A DNA stretch of 63,860 nt, the filler included, from Actinomycetota bacterium (lineage in GTDB: Bacteria > Actinomycetota > Acidimicrobiia > IMCC26256 > VFJJ01), in assembly GCA_009886115.1 (NCBI GenBank). It is 5 parts of 5 records of this genome, joined end to end, with 100 filler letters (N's around TTAATTAATTAA, not from the genome) between each part and the next. Parts side by side here need not be neighbours in the genome. Positions count along the whole stretch, not along the records: positions 12,798 to 21,705 come from VFJJ01000180.1; positions 21,806 to 34,080 come from VFJJ01000196.1; 3 more parts are not named here. One strand, written 5' to 3'. Position 1 is the first letter of the stretch. The number at the start of each line of letters is the position of its first letter. Below the pieces are notes generated by a model, which ran no database searches, had not been told where the DNA came from, and saw nothing but the letters and a program-made list of their open reading frames with translations. Below are positions 19,754-30,658 of this stretch, piece by piece. A program made the position numbers and the translations under genes.

Positions 19754-21034
19754 TCAGTCGCCGGTGCCGGCCTGGGTCATGGCGAGGTCGCGGGCGCGGA
19801 CGATGCCGTGCGAGAGCTTGCGGCCGAAGGAGCGGGGTGCGACGTCGACGTCAGTGGCGAGCGCTCGCAGCGCGCCCACGGTGCAGTCGGCCTTGGCCCG
19901 GTGCTTGAACGGGTCGAAGTGGAAGAGCCGAGCCGCGTTCTGCCACGACATCATGTCGATCTCGGCGTCGGGCACGCCGTCGCACTGCGCCAACAGCGCT
20001 TCGCCCGGGTTGGGCCAGGTGCAGTCGCTGTGGGGGTAGTCGCACTCCCACGTGACGTTCTCGACGCCGATGGCGTGGCGGTTCTTCACGCCGACCGGAT
20101 CGTCGATGAAGCACGTGATGATGTGCTCACGGAAGTAGTCGCTCGGGAGCTTGTCGCCGAAGTCCTGACCGGTCCACTTGTGGTGCTTGATGTACGTGTA
20201 GTCGGCCCGCTCGAGGAAGTACGGGATCCAGCCGATCCCGCCTTCCGACAGGGCGATCTTCAGCCCGGGGAACTTCCGCAGGACGGGCGACCACAAGAGC
20301 TCGCCGGCGGCCTGCACGATGTTGATGGGCGTGAGGTTGATGAGCACGTCGAAGGGCGAGTCGGGTGACGGGACGACCTGCGTCGACGACGATCCGATGT
20401 GCAGACAGGGAACGGTGCCCACCTCGACACAGGCCTTCCAGAACGGGTCCCACGTGTCGCTGTGCATCGACGGCCATCCGAGCGCGTAGGGGTTCTCGGA
20501 GAACGTCACGGCGTGGCAGCCCTTGGCGGCGACGCGCCTGACCTCGGCCGCCATGATCTCGGCGTCCCAGATGGCCGGCACCGACAGCGGGATGAACCGG
20601 CCTGGCTCCTCGCCGCACCACTCGTCGATGTGCCAGTCGTTGTAGGCCTGAACCAGGGCCAGACCCAGATCGCGGTCGCTGGCCCTGGCGAAGAGCTGCC
20701 CGCAGAACTGCGGGAACGACGGGAAGCACATCGAACCGAGAACGCCACCGGCGTTCATGTCACGGATGCGTTCCTTGATGTCGTAACAGCCTTCGCGCAT
20801 CTCGGCGAAGCGGGTCGGCTCGATCCCGTACTCCTCGGGCGGGCGCCCGATGACGGCGTTGAGGCCGATGTTGGGGATCTTGGTGCCCTCGAACTCCCAG
20901 TACTGGGCCGTCTCGGAGCTCACGAGCACCGGCGCTCGGTCCTTCCACTTCGCCGGGAGATGGTTGTCGAAGACGTTCGGCGGCTCGACCACGTGGTCAT
21001 CGACCGAGATCAGGATCATGTCGTCGACCTTCAC
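19754..21034 (-). CDS. Amidohydrolase family 2 protein
   Basis: SVDDHVVEPP, CLHIGSS, SEGGIGWIP and WECDYPHSD. Confidence 0.9.
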   Translation of the reverse strand: MKVDDMILISVDDHVVEPPNVFDNHLPAKWKDRAPVLVSSETAQYWEFEGTKIPNIGLNAVIGRPPEEYGIEPTRFAEMREGCYDIKERIRDMNAGGVLGSMCFPSFPQFCGQLFARASDRDLGLALVQAYNDWHIDEWCGEEPGRFIPLSVPAIWDAEIMAAEVRRVAAKGCHAVTFSENPYALGWPSMHSDTWDPFWKACVEVGTVPCLHIGSSSTQVVPSPDSPFDVLINLTPINIVQAAGELLWSPVLRKFPGLKIALSEGGIGWIPYFLERADYTYIKHHKWTGQDFGDKLPSDYFREHIITCFIDDPVGVKNRHAIGVENVTWECDYPHSDCTWPNPGEALLAQCDGVPDAEIDMMSWQNAARLFHFDPFKHRAKADCTVGALRALATDVDVAPRSFGRKLSHGIVRARDLAMTQAGTGD

Positions 21035-21216
21035 CACACACCTCCACGGCGCTCGTTGCGGGCCGGGCGACGCCCAGCGGCGGTATCGGGAAGTCACACT
21101 ACGCCTCAGAGTCGGTGCCGGCGAGAGGGGGTCGTGTCATCGGTGAAGATGTGAACATCCGCGAAACGAGCGCCCGTCGGGGACGACTCATCGAGCACGA
21201 CACCGTTGGGAGGACC

Positions 21217-21705
21217 ATGAGCCGCGCACCCGAGCCAAGCCAACCGCCGTTTCCCCCTTCTTCGGGGGCCCTGCCCGAGCCCACCCGTCCGCCGGGCCGA
21301 TCACGCGATCGCCGGATGGTCGCGGCGCTGCCCGGCATCGCCCTGGCCCTGGTGTTCGGGTTCTTCTTCATCGACAAGCCCAACGAGTTCGAGAGCGCCA
21401 TCAAGAGCACGCGAGCGATCGTGGTGATCGGCGCCATCGGGATCGGGTGGGTCGTGCTGGCCAAGCTGGTGCTGCCCCGCATCCTGCGCCCGATCTGGCT
21501 CCAAACGGCCGTCCTCACCGGGGCCGCGGCAGTGATCGCGCTCCTCGTCGTGGTCCCGTACTACCGCGACACGACCGTCGTCGAGACCTTCCCGGGGACC
21601 GCAGCTCCCGTAGCCGAGGTTCCGCCCAGCTCAGCAGCGACCGCAACCCCGACGACGACACCGGACGCGCCGGCGGCCACCACGGCGACACCCGCGAGCC
21701 CGGCA
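21217..21705 (+). CDS. Hypothetical membrane protein (three TM helices, Pro/Thr linker), truncated by the contig end
   Basis: GGAGG RBS before ATG 21217, hydrophobic helices, and a frame open to the gap. Confidence 0.65.
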
Positions 21706-21805
21706 NNNNNNNNNNNNNNNNNNNNNNNNNNNNNNNNNNNNNNNNNNNNTTAATTAATTAANNNNNNNNNNNNNNNNNNNNNNNNNNNNNNNNNNNNNNN
21801 NNNNN
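21706..21805. other. Artificial contig linker
   Basis: N44-TTAATTAATTAA-N44. Confidence 0.97.
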
Positions 21806-21868
21806 GACGGGGCTCGCAGACGGGAGCGCGCTGGGAGCGCCGACCCAGCCCCGCCGGGACCGCGGCGG

Positions 21869-23164
21869 TCAGGTGACGAGCAGCGCCCGGGCGGCGCCGA
21901 CGAGATAGAGCGAGCCGGTCACGACGATCTGTCCGTCGGACGGGGTGACGCTGCGGGCCGAAGCCAGCGCGGCCGCCACTCCGTCGACGACGGTGATGCT
22001 CTCGTTCGCCATCCCGAGATCGACCGCTGCGGCCGCGACCACGTGCGGATCGAGCGCCCTGGGTGAGGGCGGCGGGCACGCGATGAGCCGCTCCGCCCGG
22101 GTGATCCCGAGGGCCTCGAGCATGGCGTGCGGGTCCTTCTCGTGCAGCAGGCCCACGACGAGCGTGCGCTCTCCGGTCGGGAACTCGAGGTCGAGTGCGG
22201 CTGCCAGCGCAGCGGCGCCGTGCACGTTGTGGGCCCCGTCGAGCAGCACCAGTGGCTGGCGGCCGACGACCTCGAGCCGGCCCGGCATGGTGACCGTGGC
22301 CAGGGCCTCGGCCACGACCGCGTCGTCGATCCGGTTCCCGCCGAAGAACTGCTCGACCGCAGCCAGGGCGATGGCGGCGTTGGCGGCCTGGTGCTGGCCG
22401 TGCAACGGAAGGAACACGTCGCGGTAGGCGCCGCCGGCCCCGTGGAGGTCGACGACCCGGCCCCCATGGGCGAGCCGAGAGCTCAGCACCCCGAAGTCCT
22501 TGCCCCGTAGGACGATCCCGGCCCTGGGAGCGGCATCGAAGATCGGTGCGAGGTCGGGATCGACCTCTCCGAGCACCAACACCGAACCCGGCTTGACGAT
22601 CCCCGACTTCTCGGTGGCCACGGCCGCTCGATCGGGGCCGATGTACTCGAGATGGTCGAGGTCGACGTTGGTGATGACCGCCACCGCGGCGTCGGCGACG
22701 TTCGTGGCGTCCCACCGGCCACCCAGCCCGACCTCGATGACGGCAACGTCGACGGCGATGTCGGCGAAGTGGGCGAACGCCGCCGCCGTCATGATCTCGA
22801 ACCAGGTCGGACGAGCGTCGAGCAGATCCTCGACCGCGGCCACGAGCGTGAGCACCTCGGCCAACGCTTCGTCGTCGATGGCGCGACCGTCCCAGACGAT
22901 CCGCTCGTTCATCGACACGAGATGGGGACTGGTGTAGAGCCCCACCGACAGGCCGTGCGCTGCGAGGAGCGCGGCGATCATCCGGGCCGCCGACGTCTTG
23001 CCGTTGGTTCCCGTGACGTGCACGACCGGGTACGAGAACTGGGGATCGCCCAGCAGGCTGGCGAGCTGGCGCATGCGATCGAGGCGCGGCCCGACGGGGT
23101 GCACGCGGCCCGACTCCAGGTTGAGGTGCCCGTCGAGCCAGGCGCGCGCCCCGGTGATGTCCAT
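21869..23164 (-). CDS. folC: Folylpolyglutamate synthase/dihydrofolate synthase
   Basis: GTNGKTS, YTSPHL, EVGLGGRWDATN, DGAHN and TGSLY. Follows valS. Confidence 0.95.
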   Translation of the reverse strand: MDITGARAWLDGHLNLESGRVHPVGPRLDRMRQLASLLGDPQFSYPVVHVTGTNGKTSAARMIAALLAAHGLSVGLYTSPHLVSMNERIVWDGRAIDDEALAEVLTLVAAVEDLLDARPTWFEIMTAAAFAHFADIAVDVAVIEVGLGGRWDATNVADAAVAVITNVDLDHLEYIGPDRAAVATEKSGIVKPGSVLVLGEVDPDLAPIFDAAPRAGIVLRGKDFGVLSSRLAHGGRVVDLHGAGGAYRDVFLPLHGQHQAANAAIALAAVEQFFGGNRIDDAVVAEALATVTMPGRLEVVGRQPLVLLDGAHNVHGAAALAAALDLEFPTGERTLVVGLLHEKDPHAMLEALGITRAERLIACPPPSPRALDPHVVAAAAVDLGMANESITVVDGVAAALASARSVTPSDGQIVVTGSLYLVGAARALLVT

Positions 23165-23192
23165 GCTCAAGAGCCGATCGGGGAGGCGTCGG

Positions 23193-25829
23193 TCATGCCG
23201 ACGACTCGATGGTGCCGGCCTCGGCGGTGGGCTCGGAGCTCGTGGGGGCATCGGGCGGGGCCAGCTCGACGTCGACGCCGACATCGGCGGAGACGCCGGC
23301 ACCGCTCGATGCCGATTCGGTGTCGGCCACGACCACGGTCTCGACCGGTCCGACGACCCTTCCCGCCTCCTTCACGTCGTCGATCGCGGCGGCGAGGGCA
23401 CGCAGCCGAGCTTCCGTGTCGCGCACCACCACCTTCACGACCTCGGTTCGCAACGTGCGCTTGGCGTCGCTCTTGGCCTTGCGAATCGCGCCCAGGACCT
23501 CCGATGCCACCGTGAACACGAGGGGATCGCCGGCTCCGGTCGACGCCGTCTCCATCTCGGCCACGGTGGGCCAGCCGGCGTTGTGCACCGAGCCCGGCTG
23601 CCACCACGACCACACCTCGTCGGTCACGAACGGCAGGTGGGGGGCGAAGAGGCGAAGCAGGCTCGACAGGGCCAGACCCAGGGTGGCCGAAGCCGAGGCC
23701 GCCCCCTCGGGACCGGCCGCACCGTAGGAGCGGTTCTTCACCAACTCCACGTAGTCGTCGCAGAACGTCCAGAAGAACCGCTCGGCCCGCTCGAGTGCCC
23801 GTCCGTGGTCGTAGGCCTCGAAGGCCGCGGTCGCTTCGATCACGACCTCGGTGAGCGCGCTCACGAGCGACGTGTCGATCGGGTTGGTCGCTCGGGCGCC
23901 GGCTGCGACGTCACCGGTTCCCAGCACGAACTTGGACGCGTTGAGGATCTTGATCGCCAGGCGCCGCCCGACCTTCATCTGGCCTTCGTCGAACGCCGTG
24001 TCGACGCCGGGCCGGGCCGACGACGCCCAGTAGCGCACGGCGTCGGTCCCGTACTGCTCGAGCAGGCCGATGGGCGTGACCACGTTGCCCTTGGACTTCG
24101 ACATCTTCTTGCGGTCTGGATCGAGGATCCAACCGGACAGCGCCGTGTTGTGCCACGGAAGCGACCCGTGCTCGAAGTGCGACCGGACGACCGTCGAGAA
24201 CAGCCAGGTGCGGATGATGTCGTGTCCCTGCGGTCGCAGGTCCATGGGGAAGACCCGTCCCCAGAGGTCGTCGTCGTCTCCCCAGCGGCCCGCGACCTGC
24301 GGGCTGAGCGACGACGTGGCCCAGGTGTCCATGACGTCGGGATCGCCGACGAAACCCCCCGGCCGCCCGCGCTGGGCTTCGGCGAAACCCTCGGGCACGT
24401 CGGTCGACGGGTCGACGGGCAAGCGCGACTCGGCGGGAACGAGCGGCTCACCATGGACGACCTCGCCGTCGGCGTCGAGCCGGTACCACACGGGGAACGG
24501 CACGCCGAAGTAGCGCTGGCGGCTGATCAGCCAGTCGCCGTTGAGCCCTTCGACCCACGACTCGTAGCGAGCCCGCATGTACCCGGGATACCAGCGCAGC
24601 TCGCGTCCCCGCTCGACCAGGGTCGCACGGAGGTCGGCCTCGCGGCCTCCGTTGCGGATGTACCACTGGCGGGTGGTGACGATCTCGAGCGGACGGTCGC
24701 CGCGCTCGTAGAACTTCACCGGGTGCGTGATGGCCCGGGGCTCGCCCACGGTGCCGCCGCACTCGACGAGCAGCTCGACCATGCGGGCCTTGGCCTGCTT
24801 GACGGTGAGCCCGGCGATCGCCAGGTAACGCTCGTCGGCAACACCCTCCGGGGCCTCGGCCGAGATGCGGCCGTCGCGCCCGACGATCGAGCGGACGGGG
24901 AGAGCGAGCTCGCGCCACCAGATCACGTCGGTGAGATCGCCGAACGTGCAGACCATGGCGATGCCCGTGCCCTTCTCGGGATCGGCCAGACCGTGGGCCA
25001 GCACCGGCACTGCCGTCTCGAAGTACGGTGAATGCACGAGCGTGCCGAAGCGGCCCTGGTAGCGGGCGTCGTCGGGATGGGCGACGAGCGCGACGCACGC
25101 ACCGAGCAGCTCGGGCCGGGTGGTGTCGACGAGCACATCGGCGCCGTCGTCGACACCACGGAACACGAGGCGGTGGTAGGCCCCGGGCATCTCGCGGTCT
25201 TCGAGCTCGGCCTGGGCGACGGCCGTTCGGAAGTCGACGTCCCAGAGCGTGGGCGCCTCCTGCTGGTAGGCCTCGTCGCGGGCCAGGTTGCGCAGGAAGG
25301 CCCGCTGGGCGACGCGGATCGCCCGGTCGGAGATGGTCGTGTAGAGCAGGCTCCAGTCGACCGACAGCCCGAGCGTCCGGAACAGCGCCTCGAAGGCGAT
25401 CTCGTCGTCGATCACGAGCCGCTTGCACAGCTCGACGAAGTTGGGGCGGCTGATCGACACCTGATCCTTGCCCGGTGTCGCCGGGGGCTCGAACGTGGGG
25501 TCGTACGCCAGGCTCGGGTCGCACCGCACCCCGAAGAAGCTCTGTACCCGGCGCTCGGTGGGCAGGCCGTTGTCGTCCCAGCCCATGGGGTAGAAGACGT
25601 TCCTGCCGCGCATGCGCTGGAAGCGGGCCACCGTGTCGGTGTGGGTGTACGAGAACACGTGCCCGACGTGCAACGAGCCGCTCACCGTGGGCGGCGGCGT
25701 GTCGATCACGTAGTTGTCGGAACGGGCCCTGGTGGGGTCGAAGCGATACACGCTCGTCTCCGCCCACCGCTCGCTGAACTTCTGCTCCAACCCCTCGAGG
25801 GTCGGCTTGTCGGGAACCGTTGCGCTCAT
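23193..25829 (-). CDS. valS: Valine--tRNA ligase
   Basis: DTPPPTVSGSLHVGH, DWLISRQR, DTWATS and KMSKS. Confidence 0.97.
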   Translation of the reverse strand: MSATVPDKPTLEGLEQKFSERWAETSVYRFDPTRARSDNYVIDTPPPTVSGSLHVGHVFSYTHTDTVARFQRMRGRNVFYPMGWDDNGLPTERRVQSFFGVRCDPSLAYDPTFEPPATPGKDQVSISRPNFVELCKRLVIDDEIAFEALFRTLGLSVDWSLLYTTISDRAIRVAQRAFLRNLARDEAYQQEAPTLWDVDFRTAVAQAELEDREMPGAYHRLVFRGVDDGADVLVDTTRPELLGACVALVAHPDDARYQGRFGTLVHSPYFETAVPVLAHGLADPEKGTGIAMVCTFGDLTDVIWWRELALPVRSIVGRDGRISAEAPEGVADERYLAIAGLTVKQAKARMVELLVECGGTVGEPRAITHPVKFYERGDRPLEIVTTRQWYIRNGGREADLRATLVERGRELRWYPGYMRARYESWVEGLNGDWLISRQRYFGVPFPVWYRLDADGEVVHGEPLVPAESRLPVDPSTDVPEGFAEAQRGRPGGFVGDPDVMDTWATSSLSPQVAGRWGDDDDLWGRVFPMDLRPQGHDIIRTWLFSTVVRSHFEHGSLPWHNTALSGWILDPDRKKMSKSKGNVVTPIGLLEQYGTDAVRYWASSARPGVDTAFDEGQMKVGRRLAIKILNASKFVLGTGDVAAGARATNPIDTSLVSALTEVVIEATAAFEAYDHGRALERAERFFWTFCDDYVELVKNRSYGAAGPEGAASASATLGLALSSLLRLFAPHLPFVTDEVWSWWQPGSVHNAGWPTVAEMETASTGAGDPLVFTVASEVLGAIRKAKSDAKRTLRTEVVKVVVRDTEARLRALAAAIDDVKEAGRVVGPVETVVVADTESASSGAGVSADVGVDVELAPPDAPTSSEPTAEAGTIESSA

Positions 25830-26040
25830 TGCGCCGGGAGCGTAATGGGACGGCCACCCGGCACGGGAGCCCAAACCGACCCCGGTGCTCAACTCCGGGG
25901 CGAGGCGACGATCAACGGCGCCCGCTCCTCGACGAGGCAGTCAACTCGTTGCGCTCGGCGCTGACCTGTCACACCCATGTGCTTGACTGAATCGGACCGA
26001 TCCCGAACGGTGGGGAGACTGGCACGTGAGCTGCGGACCG

Positions 26041-28251
26041 ATGCTCAACACGAGCGCCTGGGCCCACTCCGAGTCTGCGCGTGGCGAGCGTCATGACCTC
26101 GTCGCCCACCTCGAATCCACCGCGGCTCTTGCCGAGACCTTCGCCCAACCGTTCGGTGGTGGCGCGGCAGCTCGCCGGGCCGGGCTGTGGCACGACCTTG
26201 GGAAGTTCAGCTGCTCCTGGCAGGAGTACCTTGCAGCTCGTGAAGCGGGGCGGTCCGCACAAGGGGTCGATCACAAGCAGGCTGGCGCAAGGATCGCCGA
26301 ACGCCAGGGCATGCGGGCCGTTGCGTGTGCGATTGCGGGTCATCATGGCGGGCTCCAGTCCCCGGCGGAGCTCCGACTCTTCCTCGGCGATGCCAACCTC
26401 ACTTCCGTTGCCGAAGTCGCTCTGGCTCGGGCCACGCTCGCCGGAGTCGATTTGTTCGGAGACCGAGACGAGTGCCTTCCCGAACACGCTCGCGACCCGT
26501 TGGGTCTCGAGACCTTCACGCGATTTCTGTTGTCGGTACTCGCCGACGCCGACTACCTCGACACCGCTGCACATTTCCAGGGTCTCGCAGCGCCAACGCC
26601 GTCCCCCGAGGTCGACTGGGAACACCATGCATCAGGCTTCGAACGCTCGGTCGACCACATGCTCGCGGGCCGGCCCAGCTCACCGATCGACCATGTGCGG
26701 TCCGAGATCAGAGTCAGTTGCTCGGAACGCGCCGCTCTGCCGCCAGGGATCTTCCGACTGGCCGTCCCGACCGGCGGCGGCAAGACGATCGCTGGGATGC
26801 AGTTCGCGGTCCGCCATGCAGCGCACCATCAGTTGCGCCGAGTCATCGTCGCTGTTCCGTACACGTCGATCACCGAACAGAACGCCGACGTATACCGGAA
26901 CCTCTTCATGGGTGATGGCAGCGACGAGCGCGCCTCGCGTTTCGTTCTCGAGCACCACTCCATGGGCGAGTACCGCGGCGACATCTGGTGGGCCCGGCTG
27001 GCCGCGGAGAACTGGGATGCACCCGTGGTAGTCACGACCACGGTGCAGCTGTTCCAATCGCTGTTCGCTCGGAACCCAGCAGCAGTCAGGAAGCTCCATC
27101 GTCTCTCCCGGTCGGTGATCGTCCTCGACGAGGTGCAGGCCCTCCCCCACCGCCTGTTGATGCCGATTCTCGGAATGCTCCGACGGCTCGTCGACTCGTA
27201 TGGCGCGACCGTGGTGTTGTCGAGCGCGACCCAGCCCGAGCTGTGGGAGCTCAGCCCGTTCAAGGACGTACCCGTCACTGACCTCGCTCCGTCAGCGGGA
27301 GCGCTCCACCTGGCGCTACGCCGGGCTCAGTTCGTATGGCTCGAAGGTCGGCACGAGTGGTCAGATGTTGCCGATCGACTCGCCGACGAGGATCAGGTCC
27401 TCGCGATCGTCAACACCACTGCCGATGCCGCATCACTGGCCGGGCTCGTCCAGAACCGCGATAGCGACGCTGTCCACCTTTCCACGCGGATGTGCCCCGC
27501 ACATCGCCGTCATGAGCTTCGACGTGTCCGCGAGCTGCTCGCCGTCGGCGCACCCTGTCGCGTGGTCTCGACACAGCTCGTCGAAGCCGGCGTCGATCTC
27601 GACTTCCCCACCGTATGGCGAGCCATGGGTCCCGCCGATTCGCTCCTGCAGGCGGCGGGTCGCTGCAACCGCGAAGGAAGACTTCCCGAAGTCGGGCGGG
27701 TCGTGATCTTCAATCCGTTGGACGGGCACCTTCCTCCCGGCCCATACAAGACGGCGACGCAGCGCGCCGGCCTGTACTTCGGGCCACCGCACGCGGGCCT
27801 CGCCGACCCCGACGACCTCGACGCTCTCGCCCGCTATTACATCGACCTATTCGATCTCACGAAGGTCGCATCGGATCCGAGCGGAGTACTGGCTGCCCAG
27901 GCTGCGCTCGACTATCCGACCGTGGCCGAACGGTTCCGCATGATCGACAACGACACGGTCGACGTCGTCGTCGCCCGCTCGATCACCGGCACGGGGCACA
28001 CCTGGTTCGAGCGGCCTGCCCTCGAACGGGCGCTGCACAGCCTGGAACTCATCGAATCGGGCCAGCCGCTCGCCAGTCCGGGCGTCTACCGATCGCTTCG
28101 CCCGTTCACAGTGTCGCTCCTCCCGGGTGTCCTTCGACGGATGCCGGGGCTCGTATCAGAGCTCGCCGACGGGCTGCTGTGCTGGAACGGCCGTTACGAC
28201 CCGTTCCTAGGGCTCGTGGTGACCCTCGCACCGGAGGACTTCATCCTGTGA
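26041..28251 (+). CDS. cas3: CRISPR-associated HD nuclease/helicase Cas3
   Basis: WAHS...HL, HDLGK, GHHGG, DAD, PTGGGKT, DEVQ, SSAT, STQLVEAGVD and QAAGRCNR. Confidence 0.95.
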   Translation: MLNTSAWAHSESARGERHDLVAHLESTAALAETFAQPFGGGAAARRAGLWHDLGKFSCSWQEYLAAREAGRSAQGVDHKQAGARIAERQGMRAVACAIAGHHGGLQSPAELRLFLGDANLTSVAEVALARATLAGVDLFGDRDECLPEHARDPLGLETFTRFLLSVLADADYLDTAAHFQGLAAPTPSPEVDWEHHASGFERSVDHMLAGRPSSPIDHVRSEIRVSCSERAALPPGIFRLAVPTGGGKTIAGMQFAVRHAAHHQLRRVIVAVPYTSITEQNADVYRNLFMGDGSDERASRFVLEHHSMGEYRGDIWWARLAAENWDAPVVVTTTVQLFQSLFARNPAAVRKLHRLSRSVIVLDEVQALPHRLLMPILGMLRRLVDSYGATVVLSSATQPELWELSPFKDVPVTDLAPSAGALHLALRRAQFVWLEGRHEWSDVADRLADEDQVLAIVNTTADAASLAGLVQNRDSDAVHLSTRMCPAHRRHELRRVRELLAVGAPCRVVSTQLVEAGVDLDFPTVWRAMGPADSLLQAAGRCNREGRLPEVGRVVIFNPLDGHLPPGPYKTATQRAGLYFGPPHAGLADPDDLDALARYYIDLFDLTKVASDPSGVLAAQAALDYPTVAERFRMIDNDTVDVVVARSITGTGHTWFERPALERALHSLELIESGQPLASPGVYRSLRPFTVSLLPGVLRRMPGLVSELADGLLCWNGRYDPFLGLVVTLAPEDFIL

Positions 28252-28907
28252 ACCGTTCGTCGCCGTTGTCCGTTCGCGTGTCGGGTGAACTGGCCTGCTT
28301 CACCCGCCCTGAGCTCAAGGCCGAGCGCGTGAGCTACCCGATCATGACCCCCTCTGCCGCTCGGGGAATCCTCGAGGCGATTCTCTGGAAACCCGAGATG
28401 CGATGGCAGATCCACCGGATCGGCGCGCTCCGCCGCCCCCGCTGGGTCAACGTCCGTCGCAACGAGGTGTCGAACATGGCTGTCATGCGGTCGGTGCAGG
28501 AGTGGGCGCGCACTGGGTCCGGCGGATTCGACGCTGAGGCGGACCGCGACCAGCGCAACACCCTCGCTCTGCGCGACGTCGTGTACGTGATCGAGGCCTG
28601 GCCTCTCGCTGCGGCTGACTCGGGCGCGGAAGACGCCAAGTACCGCGACCAGTTCCGCCGGAGGGTCGAACGGGGTCAGTGCTACTCGCAACCGTTTCTC
28701 GGGTGTCGGGAGTTCAGCGCCGCATTCGGGCCGGCCGACGTCGACGAGCGGCCTGTCGATTGGGACGAGCCGCTCGGTGTGATGTTCTTCGGCTTCGATT
28801 ACAGCCGCACGCCGCGAGCGTCGCAATGGTTCGACGCACGCGTCCAAGCTGGGTTCCTCACGGTGCCCGACGCGCCGCTGGCCGACAACGACGCGGAGAG
28901 AGGGTAG
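28248..28907 (+). CDS. cas5c: Type I-C Cas5c (Cas5d)
   Basis: ACFTRPELKAERVSYPIMTPSAARGILEAILWKP and PFLGCREF. Confidence 0.95.
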   Translation: MNRSSPLSVRVSGELACFTRPELKAERVSYPIMTPSAARGILEAILWKPEMRWQIHRIGALRRPRWVNVRRNEVSNMAVMRSVQEWARTGSGGFDAEADRDQRNTLALRDVVYVIEAWPLAAADSGAEDAKYRDQFRRRVERGQCYSQPFLGCREFSAAFGPADVDERPVDWDEPLGVMFFGFDYSRTPRASQWFDARVQAGFLTVPDAPLADNDAERG

Positions 28908-28909
28908 CC

Positions 28910-30658
28910 GTGCTGCTGCAATCCCTGGTCGACCAATCCGCTTTCCTCGGTCTTCCCGTCGAGGGTTATCGGGTGAAGCCGATCCGCTGGGCTCTGGAGC
29001 TACACGAAGACGGAACGCTTCGCAGTCCAGCGCTTGTCGACCTCGCGGACCCGACCGAGAAGTCGGCTTCCAAGGGTATTCGCATGCCGGTTCCCGACGT
29101 CGTCCGAACGAGCGGCATCGCCCCAATCCTCGCCGTCGACACCCTCGAATACATGCTCGGGCTTCCGAAGGATGTATCGCCCACCGCAGTTGCCGCTGCA
29201 GCCCGCAAGCGAGATCAGACCCACCAGGCGACCAATGCGGCCGCCGACGAGATCGCTCCGTCTCCGCTCGATGCCCTTCGGGCGTTCTTCAAGTCTGGCC
29301 TGGAGGTGGAACTTCCCTCGATCGCCAAGTCGTCGGACCTCGTCGGTGTGCGAGTCTCAGGCAGGTATCTCCACGACGACCCGCGCGTGCAAGTCTGCTG
29401 GTATGGCGAGGTCCTCCGGCGCAAGGCGGTAGGCCCAGCAAGGCTTTGCCTGGTGTGTGGGACGGTGGGGGTAGCCGTTGACACCTTCCCCGCGCAGTTG
29501 CCCCAGGGCTCGGTGCCCGGCCAGTCTCAAGGGCTTTCCGTCGTAAGCGTCAACAAGGCAGCGCAGGGACGATCGGGTGCAATCGGCCTCGGCCACACAC
29601 CTGTGTGCTCACGTTGTGCGACGGCGTCGGTGAGCACGCTGACCTCACTGCTCAGGGACCGCGATCACCGACGCCGCTTCGAAGCATCCAAAAGCGTGCT
29701 CGTGTGGTGGCTCCCGGGCGGCGAGGTCTTCGATCCGTTCTCGCTTCTCGCCAGCGAGGGGGCAAGCGATGTCAGGACAGCCTTCGATCAGCTCGATGAG
29801 GCTCGGTGCCGGCCAGGCCTCTCAGGCGACAGGTTCCATGCGGTCCTCCTGTCGCCGAACGTGTCGCGGCTCACCGTCAAGCGATGGATCGACGTGCCGG
29901 TCGACGAACTGATCGAGGTGATCGGGCGCTGGCTCGATGATCACACCGTCGCCTCGTGGGGCCGTCGCGTCATCTCGCCCCTGTGGCTGATGGCTCGGTC
30001 CACGGGCCGGTGGGAGCCCGACCGCAAGCGATATGACGAGCCGCGTCACGGCGCCGAGGACGTGCTCAGTATCGCCGCCCTGACGGGGCAGGCACCGCCA
30101 ACGTGGTTGTTCGCAACGGTGCTCTCACGACTGCGCTCCGACCGTCACTTCGATGCGACGCGGATCTCGCTCCTGCGCGTCGTGCTCCGCCGCCAGCACC
30201 TACTTCCTGAGGAGGTCACGATGCCCGAGCTGAACCCATCGAGCGAACGAGTTGCCTACACGTGTGGGCGGATCCTCGCAGTCGTCGACAACCTGCAGCG
30301 GGCTGCCATCCCAGACTTGAACACCTCGGTCGCGGACCGTCTGATCGGAAGGTTCTCGATGGCGCCCGGAGTTCTCCTCCCCAGAGTTCTCGCCGACGCG
30401 CAGGCTCATCTAAAGAAGCTGCGAACCAGTAATCGCGGCGGGGCGGCCTACGCCATCCAGCAGCGGCTCGACTCGCTCGTCGCCTCCCTCGGTGCGGTGC
30501 CCCGCGTACTCACCCTCCCCGAGCAGGGTGAGTTCTTCCTCGGCTTCCATCACCAGCGCGATGCAGATGCAACAGCGAGGCGCGATGCGTCGGCACTCCG
30601 AGACGCGGGCAGCCTCGGACAAATCACCGCTTCCCCCGAAGGAGACGACACACCATGA
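28910..30658 (+). CDS. cas8c: Type I-C large subunit Cas8c/Csd1
   Basis: MLLQSL start, RTSGIAP...D..EYMLG, CLVCG, AYTCGRILA and EQGEFFLGFHHQ. Confidence 0.92.
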   Translation: MLLQSLVDQSAFLGLPVEGYRVKPIRWALELHEDGTLRSPALVDLADPTEKSASKGIRMPVPDVVRTSGIAPILAVDTLEYMLGLPKDVSPTAVAAAARKRDQTHQATNAAADEIAPSPLDALRAFFKSGLEVELPSIAKSSDLVGVRVSGRYLHDDPRVQVCWYGEVLRRKAVGPARLCLVCGTVGVAVDTFPAQLPQGSVPGQSQGLSVVSVNKAAQGRSGAIGLGHTPVCSRCATASVSTLTSLLRDRDHRRRFEASKSVLVWWLPGGEVFDPFSLLASEGASDVRTAFDQLDEARCRPGLSGDRFHAVLLSPNVSRLTVKRWIDVPVDELIEVIGRWLDDHTVASWGRRVISPLWLMARSTGRWEPDRKRYDEPRHGAEDVLSIAALTGQAPPTWLFATVLSRLRSDRHFDATRISLLRVVLRRQHLLPEEVTMPELNPSSERVAYTCGRILAVVDNLQRAAIPDLNTSVADRLIGRFSMAPGVLLPRVLADAQAHLKKLRTSNRGGAAYAIQQRLDSLVASLGAVPRVLTLPEQGEFFLGFHHQRDADATARRDASALRDAGSLGQITASPEGDDTP

